DNA of 64,000 nucleotides from positions 1,344,001-1,408,000 of the forward strand of contig CAWKMU010000003.1 in NCBI GenBank assembly GCA_963850905.1. The letters run 5' to 3'. The notes under the pieces are model-generated. The model was given only the letters and a program-made list of their open reading frames with translations. It had not been told where the DNA came from and made no database searches. Below, one piece after another: positions 44,191 through 54,839 of this stretch. Position 1 is the first letter of the stretch; each line of letters opens with the position of its first letter. The DNA comes from an uncultured Gemmatimonadales bacterium. GTDB lineage: Bacteria; Gemmatimonadota; Gemmatimonadetes; Gemmatimonadales; Gemmatimonadaceae. Position numbers and translations under genes: made by a program.

Positions 44191-45743
44191 CCACCCGGCT
44201 CCACAGTTTTTTCCCGCCGGCCGAACGATGCCAGAGTCGCGCCCATCCCATCGATCGTCGTCTTCGCGTTCCAGCGGTCGTAGCCGTTGTAAATGAAGCT
44301 GAACGCGAGGATTTCGCCGTCGACCGCTGTTACGTAGCCGCCAAGGGAAATCACGTACTCGGTCGTGCCGGTCTTGGCGTGCAGGTTCCCCTGCGCCGGG
44401 GTCTGGCGCATACGGTTGCGCAGCAGTTCCGACTCGCCGGCGACAGGCAGGGACGCGTGGAACGCCGTGCTCCACGGCGCGCGGTCGGCGTAGGACAACA
44501 GCTCGACCATGGCGCGCGGTGTGACGCGGTCGAGCGTCGAGAGGCCACTCCCATCGGTGACCGTGACGGCGTCGCCGGCGACGCCGACCTTGTCCGTCAG
44601 GAACTGGCGTAAGAGAGCCGCGCCGAGATCGACAGAGCCGATCGAGGAGCGGTCCGGCCCGCGGACCGCATCCCGAAACAGCAACTCGGCGTAGTGGTTG
44701 ATGCTCGCGCGGTTCATCGCCGCCACGATGCGCGTCAAGGGGGGCGAAGAGAGCGCCGCCACCTTGACCGCGGCCGCAGGTGTCGGTGCGAGACGAATGG
44801 CACCGTCCACTCGGACGCCCGCCGCGGCGAGGGCATTGCGGAAGGCACCGACCGTAAACAGCGCGGGGTCTTCGATGACCAGCTCGAACAGGCGCGTCCC
44901 GCATCGCGACCCGATCCAACCGGCGGCGTGGATCGACCCGTCATGACGGGCGTACACCGAGATGCGTGCGCCGCTGCTGCCCGCGACGGTGTGCACGGCG
45001 TTCTGCACCGGCAGGGCACTCGACGATGGCTCCAGCACGACTTCCGCCGCGTGTCCAGCAGCGCCCGGCGAAACGGCGACTACGACGACATTGTCATTGA
45101 GCGAGAGTGCCGACACGCGAGCTGCGTAGCTCGCCCCGAGGTAGCGTCGCAGCCACCCTGCGGGAATCGCCTGACCCTCGAAGGCGGTTGCATCACCGAC
45201 GATATCACCGTGCACGCGTCGGATGCCGGCAGCGGCGACCGATCGCGCAAGGCTCTGCATGGGCGCGTCGGGCTCGCCTCGGAGAAACCGGTTCGAGAGC
45301 GACGGGTCGCCGTCGCCACGCAAGATCAAATTGCCCTGCAGGGATCCATCGGAGTCGACGGCGCCGTCCCGGAGCACATCGGTCTCGAACATGTAGTCGG
45401 GGCCGAGGCGATCGAATGCGAGCGCTGAGGTAAAAAGCTTCATCGTCGACGCCGGCCGGAGCGGCATGTCGGCATTCACGGCATACAGGGTGTCGCCACG
45501 GGTGAGCGACACGACGATGACGCCCCACTGGCCGGTGCGTACGCGGCCGTGGAGCATCGACGACAGGTCGGTGTCGAGTGCGTCCACGGTCGTCGGCGCG
45601 TCGTACCGGACGGCGGGCACCACCGTGCTGCGGCGATGGTGGTGCCGGACGTGACCTGTTTGCGCATCCGCGTCGTGGCAAGGGACAAGGACGCAGGCGC
45701 TGAACGCCAGCGTGACGAAGAATGACGGAGCTTTGAGGGCCAT
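44184..45743 (-). CDS. dacB: D-Ala-D-Ala carboxypeptidase/endopeptidase (PBP4, peptidase S13)
   Basis: PASTMK (SxxK), GDGDPSL, SIN, DGSGLS, AKTGT. Confidence 0.93.
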   Translation of the reverse strand: MALKAPSFFVTLAFSACVLVPCHDADAQTGHVRHHHRRSTVVPAVRYDAPTTVDALDTDLSSMLHGRVRTGQWGVIVVSLTRGDTLYAVNADMPLRPASTMKLFTSALAFDRLGPDYMFETDVLRDGAVDSDGSLQGNLILRGDGDPSLSNRFLRGEPDAPMQSLARSVAAAGIRRVHGDIVGDATAFEGQAIPAGWLRRYLGASYAARVSALSLNDNVVVVAVSPGAAGHAAEVVLEPSSSALPVQNAVHTVAGSSGARISVYARHDGSIHAAGWIGSRCGTRLFELVIEDPALFTVGAFRNALAAAGVRVDGAIRLAPTPAAAVKVAALSSPPLTRIVAAMNRASINHYAELLFRDAVRGPDRSSIGSVDLGAALLRQFLTDKVGVAGDAVTVTDGSGLSTLDRVTPRAMVELLSYADRAPWSTAFHASLPVAGESELLRNRMRQTPAQGNLHAKTGTTEYVISLGGYVTAVDGEILAFSFIYNGYDRWNAKTTIDGMGATLASFGRREKTVEPGGG

Positions 45744-45757
45744 GAGACGGCGAGAAG

Positions 45758-47044
45758 CTACACTTTGACGAAGATGCGTCGCTTGTACAACAGAGTGAGG
45801 ACTGCCAGCCACAGCAGCACGAAACTAACTGCGAATGCGGCTGACGCGAGGCGTGGGTCGAGCCAGGATGCGAAGGCCGAACGATAAATCGCGGTCTCGA
45901 CCGGCACTGGCCCGCTGGGGCTCGGGACGGTGATGACCGAGTAGATGAGCCGAGCCATCATGTCCGAGCCGACAAACGCGACGATGGGGTTCATGCCATA
46001 GATCATGAACGGCGTGGACCAACGCCGGGCGCCGAGGGAGTCGATGAGCCAGAGGCATGTGCCGAGGGTGAGCGCTCCGAGACCCGCAGTCAACAGCACG
46101 AACGAGCTCGTCCACAGATTCTTGTTGATCGGGAAGACCCATCCCCACGCACAACCCACGGCCGCCAGGATGGCGCCGACCGCAAGTAGGCCAACCAGTC
46201 GGTCACTCAGCGATCGATCGGTCACGATCCATCGGCCTGCGATTACGCCCAGGAGCGTCGTCGCGATCGCCGGCAACGTCGAGAGTGGGCCCTCGGGGTC
46301 CCACGTCACGCTTTGTGCCCAAATATGATTGCCGGCACCCCAACTGCTCCAATCGAGCAGCAATCGATCGAACCAGGCCGCGAGCGTTGCCGGCGGTTGG
46401 TCCATCACCATCCAACCGAGCTTGCCGGAGTCCGGGACTGGGACCAACGTCATGAGCACCCAGTAGCCCACGAGGATTCCGGCGATACCGATGAGTTGCG
46501 TCCGGAGCGACGTCCGCAGGGCAATCAGCGCCGCTACGATGTAGACAATGCCGATCCGTTGAAGGATGCCTGGGCCGCGGACGTGGAGCATCCGGTCTCG
46601 AATGCGGTCGAGTAGGCTCGGGTCAGCAATACCGGTCACGGGGCCCCAGGTGAAGCCTGGGAACCAGCTCACGAACAAGCCGAGCGCGACGATAATCGCA
46701 CCGCGTCGGAAGACCTGTCGCATGAGCGCAGCGTCGTTGTCGCCCCGCGCACGGCGTGCGGTCAGCGATAGCGTTGTCGTGATCCCGACAATGAAGAGAA
46801 AAAACGGGAAGATGAGGTCCGTGGGCGTCCAGCCGTTCCACGGCGCGTGCTCCAGCGGTGGAAAAATGTGACCCCAGCTGCCGGGATCGTTGACGAGCAG
46901 CATGCCTGCGACGGTGATGCCGCGAAAGACGTCAAGCGCCAGGAGCCGCGGGCGCCGCGGATCCGCTACCGGCAGTCGAATGTCGCCGCCAGTCCCCTTC
47001 GAGTCCTGTAGTAGCGAGGCGGACGAAGAGGGGCTAGCCAGCAC
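45758..47044 (-). CDS. Heparan-alpha-glucosaminide N-acetyltransferase-like (DUF5009) membrane acyltransferase
   Basis: RLLALDVFRG, PPLEHAPWNG.TPTDLIFPFFLFIVG, GILQRI, DPEG, PINKNLWTSSF. Start position uncertain. Confidence 0.85.
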   Translation of the reverse strand: MLASPSSSASLLQDSKGTGGDIRLPVADPRRPRLLALDVFRGITVAGMLLVNDPGSWGHIFPPLEHAPWNGWTPTDLIFPFFLFIVGITTTLSLTARRARGDNDAALMRQVFRRGAIIVALGLFVSWFPGFTWGPVTGIADPSLLDRIRDRMLHVRGPGILQRIGIVYIVAALIALRTSLRTQLIGIAGILVGYWVLMTLVPVPDSGKLGWMVMDQPPATLAAWFDRLLLDWSSWGAGNHIWAQSVTWDPEGPLSTLPAIATTLLGVIAGRWIVTDRSLSDRLVGLLAVGAILAAVGCAWGWVFPINKNLWTSSFVLLTAGLGALTLGTCLWLIDSLGARRWSTPFMIYGMNPIVAFVGSDMMARLIYSVITVPSPSGPVPVETAIYRSAFASWLDPRLASAAFAVSFVLLWLAVLTLLYKRRIFVKV

Positions 47045-47675
47045 GAGGCGAAGCCGGTGATGCGCCGGCTGGGCTCGTCTGCTGCGGCGTCGCGGCCTGA
47101 ACGCTCGCAGGTGGAGCGGACCACGCGCCCGTGCTGTCGCACTGCGGTCTGATCGCGAGTGGGCCAATCACGTGTCCGCGTACCTTCACCCCGCCGATGT
47201 AATGGCCGCTGAATGTCACGACCGGGTGCAGGGGATCTGTCTTCGCTAGCCCATGGTACGCGACCAAGAGTGCGTCGTAATCGCCGTAGCTCTTGATGCG
47301 ATTCTCAACAACCGCCTGCTGTGGTGGCTCGGTCGAGTACATGTACGTCGTCCGCCGACCCTGCATCGCCTGGACGGCAGCGGGCGGCGGCGTCGAATCC
47401 GTGGCTGGCACGTACACGAGGAACCCCGGCTCTGGATCCGAATGATCGAGAAAGGCGGTCACCGCTACGGCAATGACTGAGTCATCACCGGCCTGCTCGC
47501 ACAGGTGATTTGTGAAGCTGCGGGTGCCGCCGCCGGTGCCGCCGCAGCCGGCGGCGAGGCATGCGGCAATCCCCAGCGACCATCCGCCCGTCCGAGCGCG
47601 AGCGAGGGATACGCGCGGACGTCGGTGTCGGCGCGCGAGGCGACCAGGACGACTGAGAATGGGCTGTGGAGTCAC
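47034..47675 (-). CDS. Hypothetical lipoprotein
   Basis: GTG start overlaps the ctaG stop; LAAGC lipobox-like signal. Confidence 0.65.
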   Translation of the reverse strand: MTPQPILSRPGRLARRHRRPRVSLARARTGGWSLGIAACLAAGCGGTGGGTRSFTNHLCEQAGDDSVIAVAVTAFLDHSDPEPGFLVYVPATDSTPPPAAVQAMQGRRTTYMYSTEPPQQAVVENRIKSYGDYDALLVAYHGLAKTDPLHPVVTFSGHYIGGVKVRGHVIGPLAIRPQCDSTGAWSAPPASVQAATPQQTSPAGASPASPRAG

Positions 47676-48481
47676 GTGCTCACCTGTGCAGCCTCGGTTG
47701 TGTCTGCATCCCGCGCCGCCCACTTGAAAAAGACGACGGTCATGACGCCGTAGAAGAAGAGTCCGCCCGGAATCCACATGATGAGGCCGCCGATCATCTG
47801 ATCGTCCAAGGGCAGAATACCCCAGATCCGAGGCGCCGCCTCATAAGCGGGGTAGAGGACATGGTTTGCCAGAGCGATGTAAATCGCGACCACAGACATC
47901 GGAACGCTCATCAAGAAGCAGTACAGCATCTGACCGGGATAGGCCAGCCGAGGCAACTCCGGGAGCGGGCTCAACAGCGGCCACCACATGAGCACCGCGG
48001 TGACCAGGAACGTCAGGTGCTCGACAATGTGCACCGGGTGGTCCGCCATCGCGAGGTTGTACAGCGGAGGCAGGTGCCAGAGCGCGATCGCTAGGTTGAA
48101 CACGACGAAGCAGCGACTGGGGCGTGTGATCCACCGTGCTACTGCCGCCACGGCACGCACGCGCAACGCCGGGCGAAGCATCCACCCCGGTGTCCCGATG
48201 ACGAGGAGCGGCGCGACGACGAACGTCAGCGCGAGGTGCTGCACCATGTGGGCGCTGAAGAGGTACGCGTCGCTCAGATCGTGGAGCGGGCCGTTCAAGC
48301 TGAAAAACAGTACCGCGAGGCCGCTGAGGAACGCGACGGACTGTGTCGTCGTGGGTCTGCGGTGCTCACGCTTGACCCTCCAGCCGTACAGCGCTCCCAG
48401 CCCGGCGATGCCGATGACCGTGCTCGGGTGGACCGAGAAGCCGGTGATGCCGGTGGCGTCTACGGGGTGGAGGAGGACCAT
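47672..48481 (-). CDS. ctaG: caa3-type cytochrome c oxidase assembly factor
   Basis: PLHDLSD.YLFSAHMVQH, WHLPPLY, HIVEH, DDQMIGGLIMWIPG. Confidence 0.9.
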   Translation of the reverse strand: MVLLHPVDATGITGFSVHPSTVIGIAGLGALYGWRVKREHRRPTTTQSVAFLSGLAVLFFSLNGPLHDLSDAYLFSAHMVQHLALTFVVAPLLVIGTPGWMLRPALRVRAVAAVARWITRPSRCFVVFNLAIALWHLPPLYNLAMADHPVHIVEHLTFLVTAVLMWWPLLSPLPELPRLAYPGQMLYCFLMSVPMSVVAIYIALANHVLYPAYEAAPRIWGILPLDDQMIGGLIMWIPGGLFFYGVMTVVFFKWAARDADTTEAAQVST

Positions 48482-48525
48482 GAGGGGCAAGATATGGGCG
48501 AGCACGGGCGAAGGCGTAGGGACTG

Positions 48526-48694
48526 AAGGGCGGGTCTGGGGCTCGGGTTTGGGGTCAGGGGTCTGGGAACAAACCGAAAGGCCGCTCACGGTGCACAGTG
48601 AACGGCCTTGGACCGGTAGGGGCGACGCATTGCGTCGCCCGTTTTCTGTCATTGCGGTTGCCGTTGCCAAACCCCAAACCCCAAACCCGCCGTT
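48526..48694. repeat. Composite palindromic element, type A copy 2, inside the cox operon
   Basis: Heptamer arms (GGGGTCA/GGGTTTG ... CCAAACC), GGCCGCTCAC...GTGAACGGCC hairpin, GTAGGGGCGACGCATTGCGTCGCCC REP; homologous to 15400-15569. Confidence 0.85.
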
Positions 48695-49063
48695 ACCTCA
48701 GTAGCCCCAGCCTGAGCGCGAAGTGGCCGAACAGGAACATCAGGGCAACGATCGTCACCATGGCGACGAGCAGCGGGCCGGTGAAGAGCGCCCGGAACAG
48801 CTTGTGGTCGTACTTCAGGTGCATGTAAAACATGACCACGATCGCGAACTTCACCGCCGAGAGCACGAGCAATACCGGAACGAAGAAGGGCGTGCTCACG
48901 AAGCTCGGCAGGTAGTAGCACCAGACCTCGACGACCGTGATGACCGTCAGGACCGTTGCGACCTTCCAGTAGATCGACCACGTCGGGTGCTCGTGCACGG
49001 CACCCAGCTGCGCCTCGAGCGGCGTCCGCCGTCTGAGCCGTGATGGGATTCGGATGATGTCAT
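48693..49063 (-). CDS. Cytochrome c oxidase subunit IV family protein (probable frameshift near 49005)
   Basis: HPTW..YWKVA..L..IT.VEV, KFAIVVMFYMHLKYD. Confidence 0.85.
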
Positions 49064-49074
49064 GGCTCGAGCGT

Positions 49075-49747
49075 CTAATGGATCAGGTAGACGAGCGTGA
49101 AGATCGCGATCCACACGACGTCGACGAAGTGCCAGTACAGCGCCATGATATCGACGTTGAGCGCATCCTTGGGTCCGAGACCGCGTTTGAAGTCGATGCC
49201 GAGCATCGTCAGCAGCCAGAGGACACCGGCCGTGACGTGGGCGCCGTGGAAGCCGGTCAGCGTGAAGAACGACGAGCCGAACAGATTGCGTGCGGATCGT
49301 CAGCCCTTCGTGGACGAACGAGGTGAACTCGTACGCCTGGAATCCGAGGAACGTCGCGCCCAGCACCGCCGTCATGAAGAGCCAGAGCTTGGACGATCCC
49401 AGAATCTTCTCGCCGAGCGTGACCTTGGGCTTGTCCTTGTTCTCGACGGCCGCCAACGCCAGCACCATCGCGAGCGACGACATGAGCAGCACGAACGTCG
49501 AGCAGGACGTCACCGGGATGTTGAGGATCGCCTTGAAGTGCTGTCCCGTCGCCGGGTCGGTCCAGGGCTCATGCGGGAACGGGCCCTGGACGCTCCGTCC
49601 CTTGTAGATGAGGTAGGTCGAGATCAGCGACGCGAACAGCATGCACTCGGAGCCGATGAAGGCCCAGATCGCGATCTTCCGATGCGGAAGTCCGGTCGTC
49701 GTGTAGGTGTGATCGACGTCGCTGGTGGGAAGTGCGGCAGTGGCCAT
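49075..49747 (-). CDS. ctaE: Cytochrome c oxidase subunit III; frameshift near 49285
   Basis: WAFIGSECMLF, TFVLLMSS, QAYEF, then in the next frame FFTLTGFHGAHV, YWHFVDVVW. Confidence 0.9.
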
Positions 49748-49776
49748 GGGAACGGGATACGGTGGGCTAGAGGAGG

Positions 49777-51813
49777 TCAGTGCGCGTGCGCGCCAGGTGC
49801 TTCATGGGCATGCGCGCCATGTGCTTCGTGCGCTGGCTCGAGCGGCGAGGTCACCCACCAGTACAGCGAGCCGATGAACGTCGCCACGCCGGCGAGCCAG
49901 CACGACCCAGCCGGGTGTCCAGTACACGCGCGTCAGGATCAGACCGCAGAACATGATGGTGATGCCCAAGCGCCGCGAAGAATGGTTTGGTGGTCGTGTA
50001 CGGAATCGGGATCCCCAGCTCTTCGGCCGTCGGGATGCGCATCGCGTCTTGCGCACGTGCCGCCGGTGGCTGCGGTCGCGCCTCCGGTCCCTGCGGGGCT
50101 CGCCCCAGCGACGCGTGCCGATGCGAGGTCCACCTCGACGGCCTTGTCGCCCGCACGGGTATGGGGTACGTCCGCGGCGAGCTGCGGTGACTTCAGGTCC
50201 CACATCGGGTAGCGCGACGTCACGCGCGGGATCTTGGCGAAGTTGTAGATCGGCGGCGGCGACGGGATCGACCACTCCAGTGTCCCGCCGCCCCACGGAT
50301 CGTTGCCCGCCAGCGCGCCGCGCTTGCGGCTCATCAGAATGTTGAAGACGAGGATCAGCGTCGCGACGCCCATGGTGAACGCGCCGATGCGTCGACAGCA
50401 TGTTGAACGTGTCCCATCCCTGGTTGGCATCGTAGGTGTACGATACGGCGCGGCATCCCGAGCATGCCCGAGAAGTGCATCGGGAAGAACGCGAGGTTGG
50501 ACCCGATCAGGTTGAGCCAGAAATGCCAGCTTCCCGAGCCGTTCGTCGAGCAGGCGGCCGGTGAGTCTTGGGGAAGTAGTAGTAGATGCCCGCGAACAGG
50601 CCCATGAGGGACCCGCCGAACAGGACGTAGTGGAAGTGCGCGACGATGAAGTACGTGTCGGTCTGCTGGAGATCGGCCGGCGGCGAGGCGTGCATGATCC
50701 CGGAGATGCCGCCGATCGGTGAACATGCCGACGAGGGCGATCGCGAACATGCATCGCCGTCGTGAAGCGGATCGAGCCGCCCCACATCGTGAAGATCCAG
50801 TTGAAGATCTTCACGCCGGTCGGGATCGCGATCAGCATCGTCGTGACGCTGAAGACCGTGTCGGCGATCGGGCCCATGCCCACGGCGAACATGTGGTGGG
50901 CCCAGACGCCGAACCCGAGGAAGCCGATCAGGATGCCCGAGTACACCATGACCGGGTAGCCGAACAGCGGCTTGCGGCTGAACGTCGGCAGGACCTCCGA
51001 CACCAGGCCGAACGCCGGCAGGATCAGGATGTAGACCTCGGGGTGGCCGAAGATCCAGAACAGGTGCTGCCAGAGGAGCGGGTCCGCGCCCGCCTGGATC
51101 GTCGTAGAAGTTCGTGCCGAAGAAGCGATCGAACACCAGGAACACCACCGCGATCGTGATGACCGGGAACGCCAGCATGAGCAGGAACATGCACGACGAA
51201 CGCCATCCAGGTGAACATCGGCATGCGCATGAGGTTCATGCCTGGCGCGCGCATGTTGATGATCGTCGTGATGAAGTTGAACGCCGGCGGCAAGCGAGGA
51301 GATGCCGAGGATCTGCAGTCCGATCGCCCAGAAATCGATGTTCAGTCCCGGCGAGTAGGTGTTGGTCGTCAGCGGCGCATAGCCGAACCAACCGCCGTCC
51401 GGCCCAAGGCTGAAGAGAATCGGAATGGTGATGACAAGGCCGCCGAGCAGGTAGACCCAGTAGCTGAACGCGTTGAGCCGGGGGAACGCGACGTCGCGAG
51501 CGCCGATCTGGAGCGGGATCAGCAGGTTGAAGAACGCTGCCGACAGCGGCATGATGACGAGGAAGATCATCGTCGTGCCGTGCATCGTGAACAGCTGGTT
51601 GTAGAAGTTGGGCGAGACGATATGCCGGTTCGGTCCCATGAGCTGCAACCGGATGATCATCGCCTCGGCGCCGCCCCAGAGCATGAAGCAGAGCGAGGTG
51701 AAGAAATACAGATAGCCGATGCGCTTGTGGTCGGTGGTTCCGAGCCAACCCCGCAGCCCGCCCTCGGTTCGCTCGGTTGGTGCGGCAAACGCCGGCGCGG
51801 CAATAGTGGTCAT
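49777..51813 (-). CDS. ctaD: Cytochrome c oxidase subunit I (A1 type), multiple frameshifts
   Basis: [51 protein letters not shown] across fragments. Confidence 0.92.
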
Positions 51814-51826
51814 TCTCGAATCGCTC

Positions 51827-53173
51827 CTACTTCAGTGCCTGCAGATACGCGACGATGTCCGCGATCTGCTGGTCGGTGAGGCCGCCGGTCGAAGGGGAGG
51901 CCGTCATTTTCGTTCGGGGGTCGATCTGGCCGATGCCGATCGTCGGCATGATGGCGCCGGGCTTCATCACCTCGGCGTTTTTGATCCACAGGCGGAGGTG
52001 CTCGGTGTCGTTGGGGTAGATCGATCCGGCGATCGTGTAGCGCGACCCGACGTGCGTCAGGTTCGGTCCGATGGGGCTCTGCGCCATGGGATTGCCCTTG
52101 ACCGTATGGCACCCAATGCACAGTCCGGACGAAAAGGTCTTGAATCCGCGCGCCGGATCACCCACCAGCCCTGCCGTGAACGTGAGTCCTTCTGGTGTGG
52201 GCGTCGCGGGGACCGCGTACACCGGGATCTTGTCGCGTGGGAACACGAGCGTCGAATCCCACACGGCCGGCGCGGGCGGCGGCGCAGCCGATGCTGCCGC
52301 TTGCTGCCCAGCGCCAGCGACTTGTGACACGGGGCGCACCACGCTGCCTTTGGTGCCGGCGGCGCCCGGACGCGTGGGAGCCGCCGGTGCCGCCGCCGGG
52401 GGCGCGGGCGGCGGGTAGATCGCCGGGCTGGCCTGGTGCGTGGCCCATCGCTCGAAATCCGCCTGCGACACGACGAACGCACGCCACCGCATGTTCGCGT
52501 GGCCATCACCGCAGTACTCGTTGCAGGTGCCGTTGAACACCGTCGGCGTCAACGACGAATCGGGTGTATACCAGAGATAGTTCGTGTGGTTCGAGATGAC
52601 ATCCCGCTTGCCACCCAACTGCGGCGCCCAGAAGCTGTGCAGGACGTCGACGGTCCGCAGCGCGAAGTTGACCTTCCGGCCGATGGGCAAATACAGCTCG
52701 TCGGCCGTCGTCACCCCGTACTGCGGATAGCGGAACTCCCACCACCATTGATGGGCGTACACGTCGACCTGGAGCGCGGTCGACTCGGCTTTCGCTTGGG
52801 TGATGAAGATGGTGCGCACCGTCGGGACGGCGATCACGACGAGAATCACCGCCGGAATCACCGTCCACAAGATCTCGAGCGTCGTATTGCCGTGCACGTG
52901 CTCAGGTTGCTTTGACCCGGGCTTCTCGCGGAACCGGAAGATGGCGTAGAACAGCAACCCCTCGACGAAGATGAAAACCGCGACGCCAAGGCGGAGCAGC
53001 AGGTTCCAGAGATCGTTGATGGCCGCGCCGAACTCCGTATGTGGCTGGAAGGTCGTGTTGGGGTGCGTCGTGGGGTCGATCCAACTGCACGCGGCCAGCA
53101 CGAGGGGCAGGGCGACGATCGCGGCGGTCGCCAGCGCCGAGCTGGCGAGTCGTCGTGGGCGGGGAAGAGGCAT
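51827..53173 (-). CDS. ctaC: Cytochrome c oxidase subunit II with C-terminal cytochrome c (caa3)
   Basis: LAAC lipobox, HGNTTLEILWT, QWWW, DVLHSF, CNEYCGDGHANM (CuA), CIGCH heme c. Confidence 0.93.
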   Translation of the reverse strand: MPLPRPRRLASSALATAAIVALPLVLAACSWIDPTTHPNTTFQPHTEFGAAINDLWNLLLRLGVAVFIFVEGLLFYAIFRFREKPGSKQPEHVHGNTTLEILWTVIPAVILVVIAVPTVRTIFITQAKAESTALQVDVYAHQWWWEFRYPQYGVTTADELYLPIGRKVNFALRTVDVLHSFWAPQLGGKRDVISNHTNYLWYTPDSSLTPTVFNGTCNEYCGDGHANMRWRAFVVSQADFERWATHQASPAIYPPPAPPAAAPAAPTRPGAAGTKGSVVRPVSQVAGAGQQAAASAAPPPAPAVWDSTLVFPRDKIPVYAVPATPTPEGLTFTAGLVGDPARGFKTFSSGLCIGCHTVKGNPMAQSPIGPNLTHVGSRYTIAGSIYPNDTEHLRLWIKNAEVMKPGAIMPTIGIGQIDPRTKMTASPSTGGLTDQQIADIVAYLQALK

Positions 53174-53270
53174 GAGGCTCGTGGAAGTGTCCGAGTAGTG
53201 TGAAGCCACGCGAATTTACCCACTGCCGCGGCGAGCCGGTAGTCAGGCAAACCCGAGCATCGGCGCGCTA

Positions 53271-53651
53271 CTACATCTCGCTGTCGTGCTGCTCTTCGGC
53301 CGCGTGTAACTCCATCGTCTTGGCGATGGCGAGCTCCAGTTGAACGCGAAGTTGTGCGACGCCCTCGCGCAGGCTGCGGACGCGTCCCTGGTCGTTGGTG
53401 CCGCCGCGGGTCGACTGCAGAAGAAATGCGGCGGCCTGGTCGGAAATCAAGCCAAACTGGCCCTTCAAGAGACCAACCAGTGGATGCGCCGCGCGCCTGA
53501 TCTGCGGCACGAAGCCGGCCACGGGCTTCTCGTTCCTGGCGGCGGCCGCGCACAGTTCAACGACGGAGTTGAGCCGTTGGATGTGGTTCATGGCGGCTTC
53601 GAGCGTCGTCATCTTCGCGATACCCGCACCGTCGAGCTTGGGACCTGCCAT
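53271..53651 (-). CDS. Hypothetical helical protein
   Basis: ORF from MAGPKLDGAG with natural composition, between the PRTase gene and ctaC. Confidence 0.7.
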   Translation of the reverse strand: MAGPKLDGAGIAKMTTLEAAMNHIQRLNSVVELCAAAARNEKPVAGFVPQIRRAAHPLVGLLKGQFGLISDQAAAFLLQSTRGGTNDQGRVRSLREGVAQLRVQLELAIAKTMELHAAEEQHDSEM

Positions 53652-53689
53652 GCTTGGGAAGGGTGAGCGGTGAACGTCAATGGAGCCGG

Positions 53690-54820
53690 CTACTTGACTT
53701 TCTCGAGACGTGCGTTGGAGCGGAGCTCGGCGCCCACGCGGAGGCGAAGTGGACGGTCCAACTGCACCACGGCAGAGGTGAAGCCCGTCCGCCCCGCAAG
53801 CAGCGCGGCTCCGATGCCGTAGGCGTCGACCGGCACTCCCTCTTCCTCGAACTGCCGGATTCGCTCCAGCGTCATGCCACTCGCCGCAACGAGTTTCACG
53901 TCGCCAAGCCCTTCCGCATCCAGAGCGTTGCGCACATTCCAAACGAGCTGGGCGTTGACCCCGGTCGGCACGAATGTTCCCATCATAGGAATGATCGACG
54001 TGTCCACGAGATTTTCCGGGGTCGCGAGCTGCACCGCCCAGAGTCGTCCTTCGAGGGCGCGCGCGACATCGAGCGCGGTGCGAGCTGCATCGTTGTCGTA
54101 GTCGACAGGCACGACGAACTGCACTTCGTCGGCCGGTCCGCTCACCGCGCCGGGCTGAGGGACCTCCGGCGTGCCGATATGCGCGGCGAACGCCCTGGCC
54201 GCAGCGAGGGTATCCCCGCCGTAGGCGCCAATCAGCGCGTGCGGCATGAGCGCCAGCGGCGGGAGTACCAGCGACGACTTCCCGCCGCTTGGGCCCAGGC
54301 TGGTCACCGTAGGGTCAGGGGACAGGATGAGCGCGCCACCGATCTGCGCGGCGAGTGCGTCGCCAGCTTCGAGCAGCCAATGGTCATGGCGCGCGGGGAA
54401 CGCCATCACCCACTTGGGGCGTGCGGCTTCGACGAACGCACGCGCGTTCGTGCTGACCCTCGTGCGGCGCGCCAAGGTCCCCAGGATCAACGGCTCGAGG
54501 GGCGCGAACAGATCGTACGGCCCTTCGATCGTCATCACCGTCTCGCCGATGTCCGCTCGGTCGCCGTCATAGAGCGAAAAGACCGAGAGCGGCAACCAAT
54601 CCTCGACGGACAGCTTGAGCAGCGCAATGACTTCGTCTGTGCCACCCAGCACGCACGGGCGTTCGGCGCTGATCTGTACCATTGCACGGGGTGCGGCACC
54701 GGTCGCGAGCAACACCTCGCGGACCCGGGCGATGCCGCGATCGTTGGACACGGCGCCTCGCAAACGGTCCACAGGGAGATGGAACGACGCGGGGTCGAGG
54801 CGCTTGCGGCGGCGCGGCAT
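53690..54820 (-). CDS. Nicotinate/quinolinate phosphoribosyltransferase-like protein (degenerate motifs)
   Basis: ETVMTIEGPY..F..LE, FPARHDHW, PHALI.AYGGDT, VDYDND, ASG, PVDAYGIG. Confidence 0.75.
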   Translation of the reverse strand: MPRRRKRLDPASFHLPVDRLRGAVSNDRGIARVREVLLATGAAPRAMVQISAERPCVLGGTDEVIALLKLSVEDWLPLSVFSLYDGDRADIGETVMTIEGPYDLFAPLEPLILGTLARRTRVSTNARAFVEAARPKWVMAFPARHDHWLLEAGDALAAQIGGALILSPDPTVTSLGPSGGKSSLVLPPLALMPHALIGAYGGDTLAAARAFAAHIGTPEVPQPGAVSGPADEVQFVVPVDYDNDAARTALDVARALEGRLWAVQLATPENLVDTSIIPMMGTFVPTGVNAQLVWNVRNALDAEGLGDVKLVAASGMTLERIRQFEEEGVPVDAYGIGAALLAGRTGFTSAVVQLDRPLRLRVGAELRSNARLEKVK

Positions 54821-54839
54821 GGGGGGGAAGGTAAGGGGA

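Noticed and set aside
48482..48670. N-terminal extension of CtaG in the ORF track (QTPDPKPEPQT)
   Set aside because: Translation of the intergenic repeat element; the family-like sequence begins near 48481-48508.
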